Below are positions 1-12,849 of a stretch of DNA of 64,000 nucleotides, piece by piece. This DNA comes from Hormiphora californensis. Taxonomy: Eukaryota; Animalia; Ctenophora. Made by a program: the position numbers and the translations under genes. The DNA lies in the NCBI GenBank assembly GCA_020137815.1, contig CM035359.1, positions 5,890,001-5,954,000 on the forward strand, given 5' to 3'. The notes beneath the pieces are model-generated. The model was not told where the DNA came from. It did not search any database and saw only the letters and a list, made by a program, of their open reading frames with translations. How positions within the stretch are numbered: position 1 is the first letter of the stretch; each line of letters begins with the position of its first letter.

Positions 1-2
1 GT

Positions 3-545
3 GAGCACTCCACGATACTTAAACTTCCCTATATTAGTGAATCATTTTCTGAGTTAGTAATTTCATTCATACGGTCACACACTCTTCCCATCCGAGTTGT
101 GTTTACACCAGGTACCAAGTTGAGAAACCTGTTTTGCAAATCGAGACCGCACGACAGAACACACTGTCATATTACTAACTGTCTTGTATGCCCCCTCATG
201 ACCCATCCCACTTTGGATTGTACTGTCAAGGGAGTGGTATACAAGATAGTGTGTAAATTATGTAATGAAATATATGTGGGTGAGACGGCTAGACCGTGCC
301 GTGAGCGTTTCAAGGAGCACAGATTGGCAGCGAAATCGCCCAATATCTACCCTAACGAAGCACTTGCAGCACACTACCAATCACAACACAATGGAGAACC
401 CCCTGATTTAGAGTTTGACATATTGGCAACTGGCTTGGACCAGCCAGTCAGACGAAAAGTCACGGAGGCGATCCTAATCAAATCTCTTAAACCTAGCATT
501 AACAAACGAGAAGAGGGAGAAAAGATCGAACAATTTATTATCTGA
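3..545 (+). mobile_element. Penelope-like retroelement, C-terminal linker plus GIY-YIG endonuclease (5' part off-window)
   Basis: Frame is open from base 3 (EHSTILKLPYISE...). GVVYKIVCKLCNEIYVGETARP..RFKEH and EAILI..LKPSIN are the PLE GIY-YIG signature. Confidence 0.9.
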
Positions 546-652
546 TACAGTATCTGATTTTCTGATTCCTAGTTTGCGTGTGATGTATATATTGTATAGT
601 TCCTATTTCGTGTATTTTAGATATTAGACATTAATTAATGTGACCTTATTTT

Positions 653-696
653 TAGCAGCCTGATGATGTCGATGTTCGACGAAACCGTCGTGTGAT
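653..696 (+). ncRNA. Minimal type I hammerhead ribozyme-like motif in the PLE 3' region (degenerate stem I)
   Basis: CTGATGA(660-666)-T-GTCGA/tgt/TCGAC stem II-GAAAC-C-GTC. Stem I pairing is weak. Confidence 0.6.
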
Positions 697-1282
697 TTAT
701 TTCCTGGAATAAAATAATTGTCTCAGTTGTCCATAAACTTCTATCAACTATTGAAGATGAGACTCATATCAAGCGTGGCAACACATGAACTACATAACAG
801 TGATTCGTAGAATATCGCGATCGACCGTACACACTTATTGATAATCATTTTTTAAACCCAATTGATTTATTCAAGTGCAAACTCTAAATATTCGGCAGTC
901 TCGTGATTCTTTATTCTAGTTTACAATTCACTGTGTATATTATCCATTGTATAATAAGGCCCGGCTGGCACACATGGGGCAAAATGAGGTGTAATCAGCA
1001 TGACAATGAACAATGATTATACCCTGCTTAGCTAGACTCTGGAACCCTCTCTCCCTCTCTCATACAATCTCTTCCTAGCTAACACACTACATTGCAAGTG
1101 ACCTGCAGCAGTATGCTTAATTGAAATTCATAGTTCATGGAGTATGAGTCTTACTTTAATTTTACTTTGACTCTAGACTGTTTAGTATTTATGTAGTTAG
1201 CCCAAACATAATTACCCGTTTTGTTCCATATGACAACCCCTGTTTAATCCATATTTCTCTCCCTCTCTCTCCCCAGCCCACT

Positions 1283-2050
1283 ATGTCCCACTACGAATTG
1301 TTGCCCCTTTTGGCCCTACTTCTCCACCTTGGAAGTGCCGATCTAATGCCCATGGAGTGTTACCGGTGTATGAATTTGGTGGTTGATAACGAGAACCAAA
1401 CCTTTCCTGGGGTACGTTTTGTTTTGTCTTTTTGTTCCCGTATATTTTGGGATGCGGAGAGAGTTTGAACAAGACAATATTTGTCTAGTTTGCAACCGAA
1501 TCTTCTTCACGTTCAGACATTCTGAGAGAATTGAAGAAGGGTTGGGTTCCCAACAAAACCGACCGTTTCAGATTTCCCAATGCCACTCCTACAAAAGGAC
1601 ATCCTGTGAGAGAACGACGCACGCCTGCTACATGATGTACATGGATTACGAGATAACAGAGAATAGCGTCAGGAGTGCCTTTCCTGTCCACGATCCTCAA
1701 ATAAGTAAGAAATGAAAAGATCGAGCTGTTTGCATAGATTATTCAACTGAGGAAAAACAAGAATTGTTTTGCTGTTGAAGATATGTATCAGATGATATCC
1801 ATCTAACCCCCACATCCCCTCAGTGGTAACGTATTGGGAATGTCTACCCCGGGTGGCCCCATGTTCCCACGCTTTCCAGAACATACGAGACCTGACAAAA
1901 GACGACAGAAAGATGAATCTGACATGGTGTGAAGCGAACCAAAGAAGTGCAGAACCATTGTATTTGGGCGACAGTGAGAGTTCAGGGGCATCAACCAGTT
2001 TGAGAAGTGTGATGGTCGTGATGGGCGTCATGTGGCTGTTTGTCAAGTGA
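1283..2050 (+). CDS. Secreted/GPI-anchored Cys-rich protein, Ly6/uPAR (three-finger)-like; exons 1283-1411, 1572-1704, 1824-2050 (162 aa)
   Basis: Signal peptide then ECYRC, phase-compatible GT-AG introns, further cysteines, a Ser/Gly-rich omega-like site and a hydrophobic C-tail. AATAAA at 2149. Confidence 0.7.
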
Positions 2051-2356
2051 GAGATGGAGGTGATAAACTTGTTGGAGATGATCTAGGATAAATTGGGGGA
2101 GTTATTGAAGACTGATAAAGTTTGCAGTAAAACAACTATCTACAAATCAATAAAATACTGTTTCTATCAAAAACAAGAGTTATTATTAACAACGAAACTG
2201 TACACACTCCAGCTGTAAAATAGGGATTTTTCATTCAAAATTTTATTACTGATTACGTTGTTTTTGTGATGGAATATATCATATACCCTCATAAAACATA
2301 AAACCCTCATGACACAAACTACTAAAATTTATAGAATCGTTTCTAATAATCATAAC

Positions 2357-3124
2357 TCAGGCGTCCCATGCGTCTCTTTCTCCTTGTTTTACAGTCCTCG
2401 GTAGTCGATCCTGAGTCTCACAATAGTCACAATATATACTATCCACCCAACGGAACAACGTTGTGACTGGGTTCACTAACATAGATAGAGACAGAAAAAT
2501 CTCCAAAACATTTACAGAGCTGGCAGATTCACAAAACTCAGAAAAACTTTCAATTGCTCGGCCGATTCCTACAATATTTAGGAAAAGAAATCCACAGCAG
2601 AGTAAGCCTGAAGACGCGGAATACGCATCTGGTTTATTTTCCTTTTTGAAAGAGTCTAAAATGGGAAACAAACTTCCAGTGATGAAAAATATAGAAATTG
2701 TAAGCCATATTGCTGCAAGAAAAATTACCAAGTCCACTATAAAACTTTTTTCTCCTTGCATCAATAAAATCACAAACGCCGAAACAAGGTGACATATCAC
2801 TGTACTGACCGAAACTCTGACTCGGATTGCGGCAAACGTAAAATTCCTACTTTCAGGAAACACTATACAAAATGCACATAAGATCAATCTTAAGTAAAGG
2901 ATAAGAGTTTTCGAGAACATATCATATTCATCCAATTCTCTCAGTTTTTTACCGTCATTTACATCTTTGAAATCTTTTTCAAGGTAGTTCAAGCTATTGA
3001 AGCTTATCCCTAAGTCAATGATGTGTAGAATAGTACATAGAATGGCAGCACAATGGTTTTCCTCATTCCAGCTCCTCTTTATAGCTGGGCAGCCAGTTAA
3101 AACCGTTTTGATTATAATGCACAT
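2357..3124 (-). CDS. Intronless multi-pass membrane protein of unknown family (255 aa)
   Basis: Long ATG-started ORF with about 6 hydrophobic segments. No recognisable family motif. Confidence 0.55.
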   Translation of the reverse strand: MCIIIKTVLTGCPAIKRSWNEENHCAAILCTILHIIDLGISFNSLNYLEKDFKDVNDGKKLRELDEYDMFSKTLILYLRLILCAFCIVFPESRNFTFAAIRVRVSVSTVICHLVSAFVILLMQGEKSFIVDLVIFLAAIWLTISIFFITGSLFPILDSFKKENKPDAYSASSGLLCCGFLFLNIVGIGRAIESFSEFCESASSVNVLEIFLSLSMLVNPVTTLFRWVDSIYCDYCETQDRLPRTVKQGERDAWDA

Positions 3125-4020
3125 GATGAACTAGTAAAGGTTAAAAATTAACATTATCAAAACCAAACAAGAAACTAATCTGTACAGATTATTATCATGC
3201 GGCTCATAAAGAATACAATACTTATTCTGTCAAACGAGAAACGTGGCAAGTGTTGGTGCAAACATAAGAGGACATAACATGACAGTATACCGCAGAATCA
3301 AATAAGATGTGCCTGATAAGCTTTTCTCGCTCCAAGATAATTTATCCCCTGACAACCAGTGCTCAGCGTGACATCTCCAAAATTTGGCTCAGACAAGGGT
3401 TCATATAACAGAGACGACAAACTTGGACATGTTGAAAATTGCTCACATTATGGTTTGGGCTTCTGGAACGTTTGAGAGGGTCTTTGAAATTTGCTATTTG
3501 TCTGTTCAAATACATACTATCAATCATCCTTTCAAAAGCATTTTCGGGCAGAGGATGTATATTCCCCTCTGGCACTCAAGAGATTGCGCTGACAGATTAA
3601 TATTGGGAATGACAGTTTATAAGACCAAGCTGGGGCTCTTCCACTCACAACTGAAATCCAAGTACCCACTGCAACCAACCCCTCCCACTGCAGCCCCCAC
3701 CCCCCTTGTCCCATCCCTTTCCCCAGCTAAAATTCGTGTTCAGTGCTCTTACTTTTAAACCGGAAGCCATCACATGAGACCGTCTGAAAACAAGCATCCA
3801 GATGGTTGCAGTGCAGCAGTGACGTGAGTGCGGTGTTGGTGTGTACCGCGCCACAAACACATCCACCAGGCCCGCGCGCGTTACTGTAGGTGAGAACTCT
3901 CCCTCTCTCCCAACACACACACCCCGGTCCAGTATCACATGATGGGATGGGGAAATAGGAGAATGGGCGTGGTGGGATAAGAGATATACTACAAATTATC
4001 AAGAATGGATGTTATCTTAC

Positions 4021-6369
4021 CTGCCCTTTCCAACCCAGTTTCCTATCAGTGCAACCACTGCAGGCCACCCTGTAGCTTGGAATGCCCCAATAAATATCTG
4101 AAAAGGGGGGGGGGGGTGTTAGACTTGTTATGTTCTAACCCTCATTTACGGGGCGCGAAACACAGTCTAGCTAGGAAATGTTAGATATGTTTAAAACAGC
4201 AAAAAAAGATTACTGATCTTCAATAATTAGGATTTAAACAATGGCGGGCTAATTAATGTGTTAATCTTCAGTTCATGTTACCTGCATAACAATGAAATAA
4301 ACAAGAGAGTGAATATTCCAAAAGTTGGACATCCCCATAAGCACCATAGTTGTACACGTCACTGGGAAATGGGAGAGTGGGGTTACTAATATGTGTGTTT
4401 CATATCCTTTAACTAGGAGAGAGAGATTGGACTTATCCTAGCTGGCCTGCTTTTATATCCTTCGGAACCGGTCACAGCATTGACACCGTATTATATGGGA
4501 ATCCGGGATTGGGTGATACAAGAGAGATTTGGAATAGTTGCACAATAATATAGGTAATAGGCTTTGTGGTAACCAGGGGAAACTACAAAACTACTTCCAT
4601 TATAGACGCCATTTGTGCATTGTGCAATGAATTTCCTGGAGAAGTAGCATGCAGACTAGGTCAGTGATTTCTTAACCAGCTCTCTCTCCACAGTTCACCG
4701 CCCCTGATCGCACTGTCTCCCCTAAACAATACTTACTGATCATGCCGGTTGATAGAAAGTACCGCAAACTAACATGGTCCGCTATTGTACCGCTGAAGGA
4801 GAATTGTATAATAAGGCACAATAATTACTATTACTCGTCATCCTATCGGTGGGCGGACTCTAGTGCTAACGGACTCTTTATCAAATTCAAGGCGGACTCT
4901 ATATCTAAAAGCGGACTCTTTATCTACAGCTATACTTTGAAAAAAGTTTAGATAAAGAGTCCGCCCAGTGTAGACTTTTTAGATATAGATTCCGCCCTGT
5001 GTAGACTTTTTAGACATAGAGTCCCCTGGTACATTTTGGCGCCAAATCCCCCAACCCGGACTCTATGTCAAAAATCCTAAACCAACCCAAAACCTAACCC
5101 TAACCCTAACCCTAACCTCGAACCCAAATAATGGCCCTAACACTTCTCAATTAGTATAGAGGTACAGCAAACTCTCGTTTCCGGCCTAACGGCCGAAATC
5201 TCGAGTTCGCTGAGAATGGCGGACTCTATGTCTAATTTAGATTTATGTAGATATAGAGTCCGCTCTTTGTAGACTTTTTAGATAAAGAGTCCGCCCTGTT
5301 TAGACTTTTTAGAGATAGAGTCCTCCTAGAGTTTAGACTTATTTGGACTCTTTATCTAAATCTAAATTTAGATATAGAGTCCACTGTAGACTTAGAGTGT
5401 AGCACTAGAGTCCGCCTACCCATCCTATCATCCCCTAACTTTATAATCCACAGCCACGAGATCATGTCTTCACCCCCTCACCCCTTCTCCCATTGGTTAC
5501 GGAATAACCCCTCCCTTGCCAGCGTGTGTGAAGGTCGCGAGGCGACCTGTAGAGGGGTTATTTCGTAACCAATTCTCCCACCCCTCTCTTACCAAAAGAA
5601 GATGGCGACCGCGTAACTACCCAAGAAGGCAGTATCAATGTAACCAAGTAACTGAACCCCATCTGGGTGCACTGAATTGTTGAAGGGTGGCCATCCTGGG
5701 GACTCAGAGCTGTTGCCTAGCAACGTCGTTTTTACTGAAAATAGTAGGTGTCAATAGGTGTTGTTAAGGTGTCAGTAAGACGTAGGTGTTTTCAAAACAC
5801 TGTTTTGTGTCAGTAGGTGGCATATTAGTAGGTTTCAGCAAGTATTATGTGTGTATTGTGTAAGGTGTCATGTCGGCATGCAACAAGATAACGAAGCACT
5901 ACTATTACACAACAAGTTGACCATACACACACAATTCTCCACATAAACACTGTTTACAATCCACTAACAACAACATTGGGTCTGTATCATTGTCTGTCTA
6001 CTGGCACCACGTATTATTGTAAACACAGTACTTTTAACACAGTGCTATTCTCGGTATTTGTAGTACAATTGGGTCAAGTCCATCAGGGGGCAACACGGAA
6101 AAAAATGTGGAACAAACAAACGAACAGACACCACTTACAAACTCAGTAAGAGTCGGGTGATATCTAAATTTAGGTGCAAATTGTACGTCAATTTATCAGG
6201 AACTATGTTAGCCGAATAGGGGGGTCGGGGCATTATATATTGTCCCACACGGTATTCAAATATAACAGCCAGACATGATGTTAGGAACTTACCAACAGAA
6301 AGGCTTTTCTTGTTCATATGATAGGACATGTAGACGAGGTAGGTTAGTATTAGTATCCAACTCTTATAT
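4021..6369 (-). CDS. SLC37: SLC37-family (sugar-phosphate/Pi exchanger, MFS) partial gene; exons 6369-6293, 5734-5593, 4792-4737, 4361-4282, 4097-4021
   Basis: Phase-consistent splicing gives YMSYHMNKKSLSV / GWPPF..LLGYIDTAFL..YAVAIFF / GTIADHVSLRYFLSTGM / FWNIHSLVYFIVMQ / FQATGWPAVVALIGNWVGKGR, typical of SLC37A. First and downstream exons not located. Confidence 0.88.
4848..5420. mobile_element. Mutator-like MITE in an SLC37 intron
   Basis: TIR GGTGGGCGGACTCTAGTGCTA / TAGCACTAGAGTCCGCCTACC, 9-bp TSD CATCCTATC (4839-4847, 5421-5429), subterminal GGACTCTATATCTAAA repeats, internal CCCTAA tract. Confidence 0.85.
5493..5572. mobile_element. 80-bp hAT-like mini-MITE
   Basis: TIR TTGGTTACGGAATAACCCCTC / GAGGGGTTATTTCGTAACCAA with 8-bp TSD TTCTCCCA. 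Related termini at about 62005-62040. Confidence 0.75.
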
Positions 6370-8169
6370 CTGAAGAGGGGGGGGGGGCGTATGTTAGTTA
6401 TACTAGGATATGGTATCTGGAGATGTCGGGGGAGTGAAAGTTTGTAATTATTTGTATTGAGCAAGCCTACCTTGTCTTCGGGCGTGTAATATTTCAACCC
6501 GATTTATATCATTACTCATATCAGTAGGCGCCAGACAGTAAACCACCCAATATGACTCGATGCTCAGTGTAGTGGGATATATTATGTATATAGCAAGTGT
6601 AAATTGAGACTTGTCTAGTTAACGAATGAGAGAGTATAATATCTCATGTTTTAGGTGGCCATATATTATTTCCATGTGGAAGAAGAGAGAGGTAGGAGAG
6701 AGGTGGAATCAGGAATGGTAATAAGGCCAAGATAAAAGTGGTCGGTAACATGTTGAGATAAACGTGGGCACTGAAAACCGGAGTACCGAGAAAGTAGAGG
6801 CGAGAATTCAAACTTAGCAAAAACCGGTTTCTTGTCAGTGATTCAGCCACTTCTTATCAGAAACATAATTTCCACAGCGGCGATGAATAAATTATGTCCA
6901 CATTCCATTTTAGATACTCAACGAACCTGTCATGCAAACATCTCTCAAATTTATACTATTTGTCAAATTTTAGCTAAAACTTCTCGAATAACCATCAAAG
7001 CAGGTATAGTTTTGCGACTTAGCAACCGAATAAGCTGCATTACAACCCATCCCTATTCCAAACAACTTAGCCGAATAAGCTGCATTACAACCCATCCCTA
7101 TTCCAAACAACAACCCCCTCGCGAGATGGATAATCCCTCTCCAGATGCTCCTGCCAAAACTACTCTAACTACGAAATAACAAATTTCACAATAACTTACA
7201 CAATTTGTGAAGGAGGACGTGCTCCGGAGACGAGTTTAGCAAATCGTATTCCCAGGGGAAGGGGGTCGTACCGGATTCCGGATCCCATGACTAACGCTAT
7301 TAGAATAGAGTATAGTAGTAACTTTAACATATAAATATGTTAAAGGAAACATATAATTTACTGAACAATAACATTTCAACATCAAAATGAGGGAGTAAAA
7401 GATATATATGATGATACAGTGCATCAGATACACTCGTTCCGAAGTTCAAGATAGACAAACAAACAACAAGCCGCAATATTCATACAACTCTTCTGAAATA
7501 TTATGACTGTGAAGGAGAGAAAGAAAGGTAGAGTCAGTGAAGCCATGGTACGAGGGCAGCTGAGATTAGATAAGAAGTGTTAGGTTGTACGACAGCAAGC
7601 AACCACAGTCACATGTAAGCAATTTGTGAGTGTGTGTGTAATATAATACTGTGTGATATGTGGGTTACAGTCTGGAAAATCGTCGACAATGCTGAAGAAT
7701 AAAAAACATGATCTCTACATGGTGAAAGGTTCATCACTCATGAATATCATTAATTATGATCATGAAACTAAATTAGTTGATGATTTAATATAGGGCCCTC
7801 GAGGGGTTATTACTTGTTAGCCTCTTAGTTATTACGGACCAGCTACATGGTTCGGCGACCTAATCAGGGCCTAACCTTGAATTGCAATGATTTGATACGA
7901 GATACGGGACACGGTTCAGTGACCTAATCTGGGTGTAACCTCGATATATAAAGAGTTGATACGAGATACGTTACGGACCTAACCAGAATACAGACCTACC
8001 CTCAATTCTCTGTCGAAGTTCTACCGACCTGCATCCCTTAATTATCCAATCTTTACGCCAGAGCAATGGCATGCCTCTTTCGTCACTCAGCTGGGTGAAT
8101 TGGGGATCTGATTCTCGGCGGGGTGATGCAATGTGATCTGATTTGATGACGGGGCTGCGGCTCAAAGCG

Positions 8170-8560
8170 GACGCCCTCAGAGGGCACACGAGAGACAGTG
8201 CTCATAAGTGTTCGCCCTGCCACAAGCACATGCAGCGGGCACATCTTCAAAGGGAAGGTTTTATCGCAGTAGAATGACGTCCCGGTATTGTTGTTTATTG
8301 AAGACGAAACTGTGCTCTTTCAAAGGCAGAGCTGTTAACCAGCTTGAATCTCCCCTCGATGACATTTTGTCGAATAGCCGCCTGTTAGTACTTAGTACGG
8401 GACAGAAGTGAACAGTTGCTTTTCGGCATTTTGACATTTGTTTTAGTTTTAGTACATTCCCCTTCGCTCCTTTAGCTTCCCAAAGGCAGAAATCAGTACG
8501 TTTTTCACTGATAAGAAGATATTGTTCAAGAATCAGTTGTTTCAGTGTTTCTGTAGCCTG
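8170..8560 (-). pseudogene. Decayed CRE/MoTeR-type (RLE-class) non-LTR retrotransposon fragment
   Basis: Manual translation RGDSSWLTALPLKEHSFVFNKQQYRDVILLR*NLPFEDVPAACACGRANTYEHCLSC matches the CRE post-RT/zinc-knuckle region. Contains in-frame stops. Confidence 0.7.
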
Positions 8561-8590
8561 GGTAGAGTTAGCAAATTCAGCACTAGCCTA

Positions 8591-9200
8591 CGTAGTTGTT
8601 GTTGTTGTTGTGGTGCTGCGATTCGGACTATGCAGAGCATATCGCCTCAAACGCTCCAAGGAGTCTAACTCCCGGCCTAACCAAGTAGAACTTGGGAATT
8701 CCCTATATGAATCTGGAACTAGGTAACGTTTTGCCTTTGAGAGATTCTTGAGTTTGATTTGATCTGGAGCAAGGTAACTTTTTGCCTTTGAGAGACTCTT
8801 GAGTTTGGTCTGGAACAACGTAACGGTATCCCGTCATGAGCTTAGTTTGGTCTGGCACAAGGTAACATTTGCCTTTGATAGTGTCTTGTGTTTGATTTGG
8901 TCTGGAGCTAGGTAACGTTTTGCCTTTGGGAGGTTCTTGGATTTGGTTCGGTCTGACGCCAATCGTAAAGACGACAGTGTTTGGGTTGTGCTCTTCGTCT
9001 GAGCCTGTGTACCTGCGGTTATTTGATAGTAGCTTACAGTTTTGTTGGAGTGATAGTACCGTTGCCATCTTGGGACGGTGTCCGTTTCGTGTGGTCTCTG
9101 TTTGCTTTTCTAGGTCGTACAGAGGTGAGAGCTACGTAGTGGGGATAGGGATTTCCGGTCCGCCGTCTCATCGAGACGGTCTCGAGCAGTTAGAGCAGTA
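8591..9200 (-). mobile_element. Non-coding LINE 3' UTR fragment with ~45-50 bp tandem units and (CAA)n tail
   Basis: GGCAAAACGTTACC..TCCAGACCAAA..CTCAAGA repeats and a terminal core homologous to 25790-26205. Confidence 0.6.
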
Positions 9201-9233
9201 ATAACATCTTATTTTAACTTTGCCCCCGTCGTG

Positions 9234-10170
9234 ATGGGCGCCGTTACAATCTTGGTGGTTGGTGGCCTGTTTACAGGTGCACGCTGCCAAAATTACCCTG
9301 CCGCCCAAATCACTCAACCGTTTTGGCTTCTCCAAAGTTTATTTGGTAGGATAACCCCAACCCAAATCCCACCCCTAAGTCCTAACCCAACCCTACTTTA
9401 GCCCTAACCCTAAAAAACCGTTTGTCAGCACTCACGAAACACTTAATTCACTAAAATGGCTCTAACCGCCAAACCACTCGACCGTTTTGGCTAATTCAAA
9501 GTTTATCTGGTAGGGAATGTCAAGGCCTAACCCCAACACAAACCCAACCATAACCGTAACCCTACTTTAGCCCTAACCCTGAAAAACTTTTTTTAAATTC
9601 ACTAACCCCAACACCGATTGGCATCACTTTCCAACAGCCGAAGAGAAGCTGCCGAAGAGAGAAAGGGGGTAACCCTGAAAAACCGTTTGTCAGCACTCAC
9701 GAAACACCCAGATTTTAACGCTGGCCCGTCGCGTCGTGCGTACATTGCAATCTGGAAAGAGTGCGCGGCTCTTTTTTTGCAGCGTTTTGGCAATTTTTTA
9801 GCCGCGACGTTCAGTTCAGACGAGTGTGCAGCGCATAATTCAAAATTTTCATTTAAAAGGTAATGCGCGCGCGAACGTTTTGTGCGCGAATAAGAACCTT
9901 AAAAATCGGCCAGCGTTAAAATCTAGGTGTTTCGGGCCAGCGTTAAAATCTGGGTGTTTTTTAGGGTTAGGGCCAAAGTAGGGTTAGGGTTAGGGTTTGG
10001 GTCTGGGTTTGGGTTGGGGTTAGGCCTTGACATTTCCTACCAGATAAACTTTGAATTAGCCAAAACGGCTGAGTGGTTTGGCGGCTAGAGCCATTTTAGT
10101 GAATCAACTTTTTTGGCAGCGCGCACCTGTAAACAGGCCACGAAACACCCAGATCGTAACGGCGCCCGTT
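9234..10170. mobile_element. Non-autonomous inverted-repeat element with telomere-like (CCCTAA/TTAGGG) tracts
   Basis: GGGCGCCGTTAC..GGCCTGTTTACAGGTGC at the left is inverted against GCACCTGTAAACAGGCC..GTAACGGCGCCC at the right. The same terminus occurs at about 23660-23717 and 27700-27755. Confidence 0.7.
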
Positions 10171-10236
10171 AGCACTCACGGATGAAAAGCGCTGCCTTAT
10201 CCCGCGGGTGCCAGCGGCGTTTGCCAACACTCAAGG

Positions 10237-10527
10237 TCAGATCAGGACTCTAATAGTTGCAGGAAATGTATCTGTACAGGACATTATTGACAACAGACAT
10301 TTCATATTTATAGTAGTTTCTTGAGTTGTAGGTATTGGAGCCTCCTTCGAATGGCTTGGACCCATACACAATTTGTGTGTGATCTCGGGTGATTCGAAGT
10401 AGGCTCCACCGCTTTTGAAAGCCGTTAGTTTAGTCTGTGTGTTTTCTAGCATATGTAAGAACTTTTCTGACAAGTAAAAGCTATAAAGCGGAATATTAAG
10501 TATTTTGTGATGATGATGATGATGATG
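10237..10527 (+). mobile_element. 5'-truncated retroelement end with (TGA)n tail
   Basis: Absent from the paralogous copy at 27822/27823. Ends GCTATAAAGCGG.ATATTAA..(TGA)n, also seen at 22008-22055. Confidence 0.7.
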
Positions 10528-10730
10528 TTTTTGTGGGTTAGGGCTAAAGTAGGTTTAGGGGTAGGGCTGGGGTTTGGGTTCAGGTTAGGGCTTGACATTT
10601 CCTATCAGATAAACTTTGGTTTACCCAAAACGGTTGTGTGGTTTTATATTAGGCTAACATTATTGACCACCGCACCACACGTGCTCTGATATGGCTCGCT
10701 GTCTGAATATCTGCCTCAACTATCTCTCTT

Positions 10731-10814
<84 letters not shown>

Positions 10815-11683
10815 CCTCTCTATCTATCTCAGAGCTCTATCTCTCTCTGTCTATCTCTCCCACTCTCTGTCCAACTCTGTGTTTGGTAGCCCAAGCTCAG
10901 GTTGGGGCCAATGCTCTGACAGAATAGGTGTCAGATGCCTCCCTCAACTATATCTCTATCCGTGCAGGGTCACATTGATCAATGTCGGATTAGTAAACGT
11001 ACTGCAGCTGGCAGCACCCCTCAAGTATTATTATACATTATATGTTGATGGGAGAGAAATATTCATTTTTTTGCAGAGGGACTATATTATTAGGAGTTTT
11101 GCCCCGCCGTGTTGACTGACTAGGCCTCATTACACCACTACAAATCGTGCCATTCATGCATGACGTAGCTCGGGCTGTAATACAAAATAATTGCCAGTTT
11201 TTTAACCTTCTAGCACGATTGAAAAAAATACCTTAAATAAGGTTTTTTTTTCAATCAATATTATGTTTTTAATGTTTTTAAACACATTTTCAAGGTTTTC
11301 ATTATGGGCATTTCCGTAAGTCACTACTCACCCCGACTTGAGCCTTCCCAATCCAGCCCCTAGAAACACGTTCAAAAGAAATTTAGCAAAAACTCGTAAC
11401 TAACCATACAGCCATACAGAAACGTACATTGAACAACATGAGTATTACAACGTTGGTTTTAAGTATTTCTTAGTTAAGTTTTTAACCATGCCACTCCGAT
11501 CCAACCCCACGAACCCCAGCGATTTGGGAGGGGGAGAGACGTGACATCTCGAGTTGGGTTAATGGTGGTGCAGGTGTGCCAATTATGTAGCGTGAATGGT
11601 GAATCTGTCGAGTGTAGTCGTCGGTATCATTTTAAATAGTCATGTAATTTGTCTCCTTGATGTTTCTCTCCTCCCTGCCTTAC

Positions 11684-12263
11684 CGTTCAGTTGAGAATAC
11701 ACCATAACTTCCCCTATGTTCATAACATTAGATGAAGCGTCTGTCCCTACGTCATCGTATAGGACTACAGTAAGTGTAGCTTCTGTGGTAGTAGGACAGG
11801 GTACTGTGTAGGTCTGAGCCTCTAAAGATGCCCCATCAGATGTGTTAACCGAGTCAATAGTTCCACACATTGTTGTGTTGGTTGTTACCCCAATGAGAGA
11901 CACTTGTGTTCCTAGTAGTCTAAGTATAAAAGCAGCTTTTTGCGTACCTAATCTGAAATTAGGGTCGCATGATGGTTTATTAAAGCTTCATAATCAATAA
12001 AGAATTTGTTTTTCAACTAACCTAGGTATGATGACCACTTTCTCAACCATTGATGGCCTTGTAAGTTGTAGTTTTAACCACTCTGGCTTGATAATATGAC
12101 CTGACAGATAGTGGCTATTTGGATCACCATCAATAGCATTACCGGGTTTGTTTCCGTAAGCGACTGTTCGCGATGTAATCGAACTGACACCTGTTTTGAT
12201 GGTTGTACCACTTCCTGCCTCTCCACCGGGAAGGAACAAGAGAAAGAGAAGAAATTTCAACAT
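11684..12263 (-). CDS. Secreted F-type lectin/F5-8 type C (galactose-binding-like) domain protein; exons 12263-12022 and 11952-11684, 3' end unresolved
   Basis: Signal peptide MLKFLLFLLFLPGGEA; motifs NAIDGD, EWLKLQL, VEKVVIIPR, CGTI, MNIGEVMVY. Phase-2 GT-AG intron. Confidence 0.7.
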
Positions 12264-12685
12264 GCTTATAAACCTGGTTGTGTTAAATAATAAGTAATAC
12301 ATATTATGTGTATACAGTATAATGTTTATATTGGTGAAGTAATGTATCTTTACTTGTCACTTTATTTAGGACTATTTATCAAAGGACCCGTCACCCGAGT
12401 TACACTACTAAAACAAAGAACTGAGGAACCCTCTGTGATGGAATATAAAGCTTTGTTGTGCAAAGAGAGAGAGCAAAGATGGCTTGTGGAAGAGGCAACG
12501 CGGTGCTCTGCAGTAACAGTGTAACAGGCGCAAGCTCTCCAACACGGTGCTTGGTTAGCCAGGGGCGGAGGCGGCCATTACCTGGGGAGGAGGCGTAATG
12601 GGCCGCTCCCTCTCTCCAACTGTGTCCGACTGAATCATTTTCCCATGTTCTAGTACTAATGGTCATTGATCATCACCAAAGCAAT

Positions 12686-12849
<164 letters not shown>

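Noticed and set aside
6470-6520. Candidate first SLC37 exon (MSNDINRVE...)
   Set aside because: Its donor is phase 1 whereas the next exon needs phase 2; left unresolved.
8700-8940. CRISPR-like repeat/spacer appearance (also 25790-25930)
   Set aside because: Units are whole tandem repeats without unique spacers, the context is eukaryotic, and there are no cas genes.
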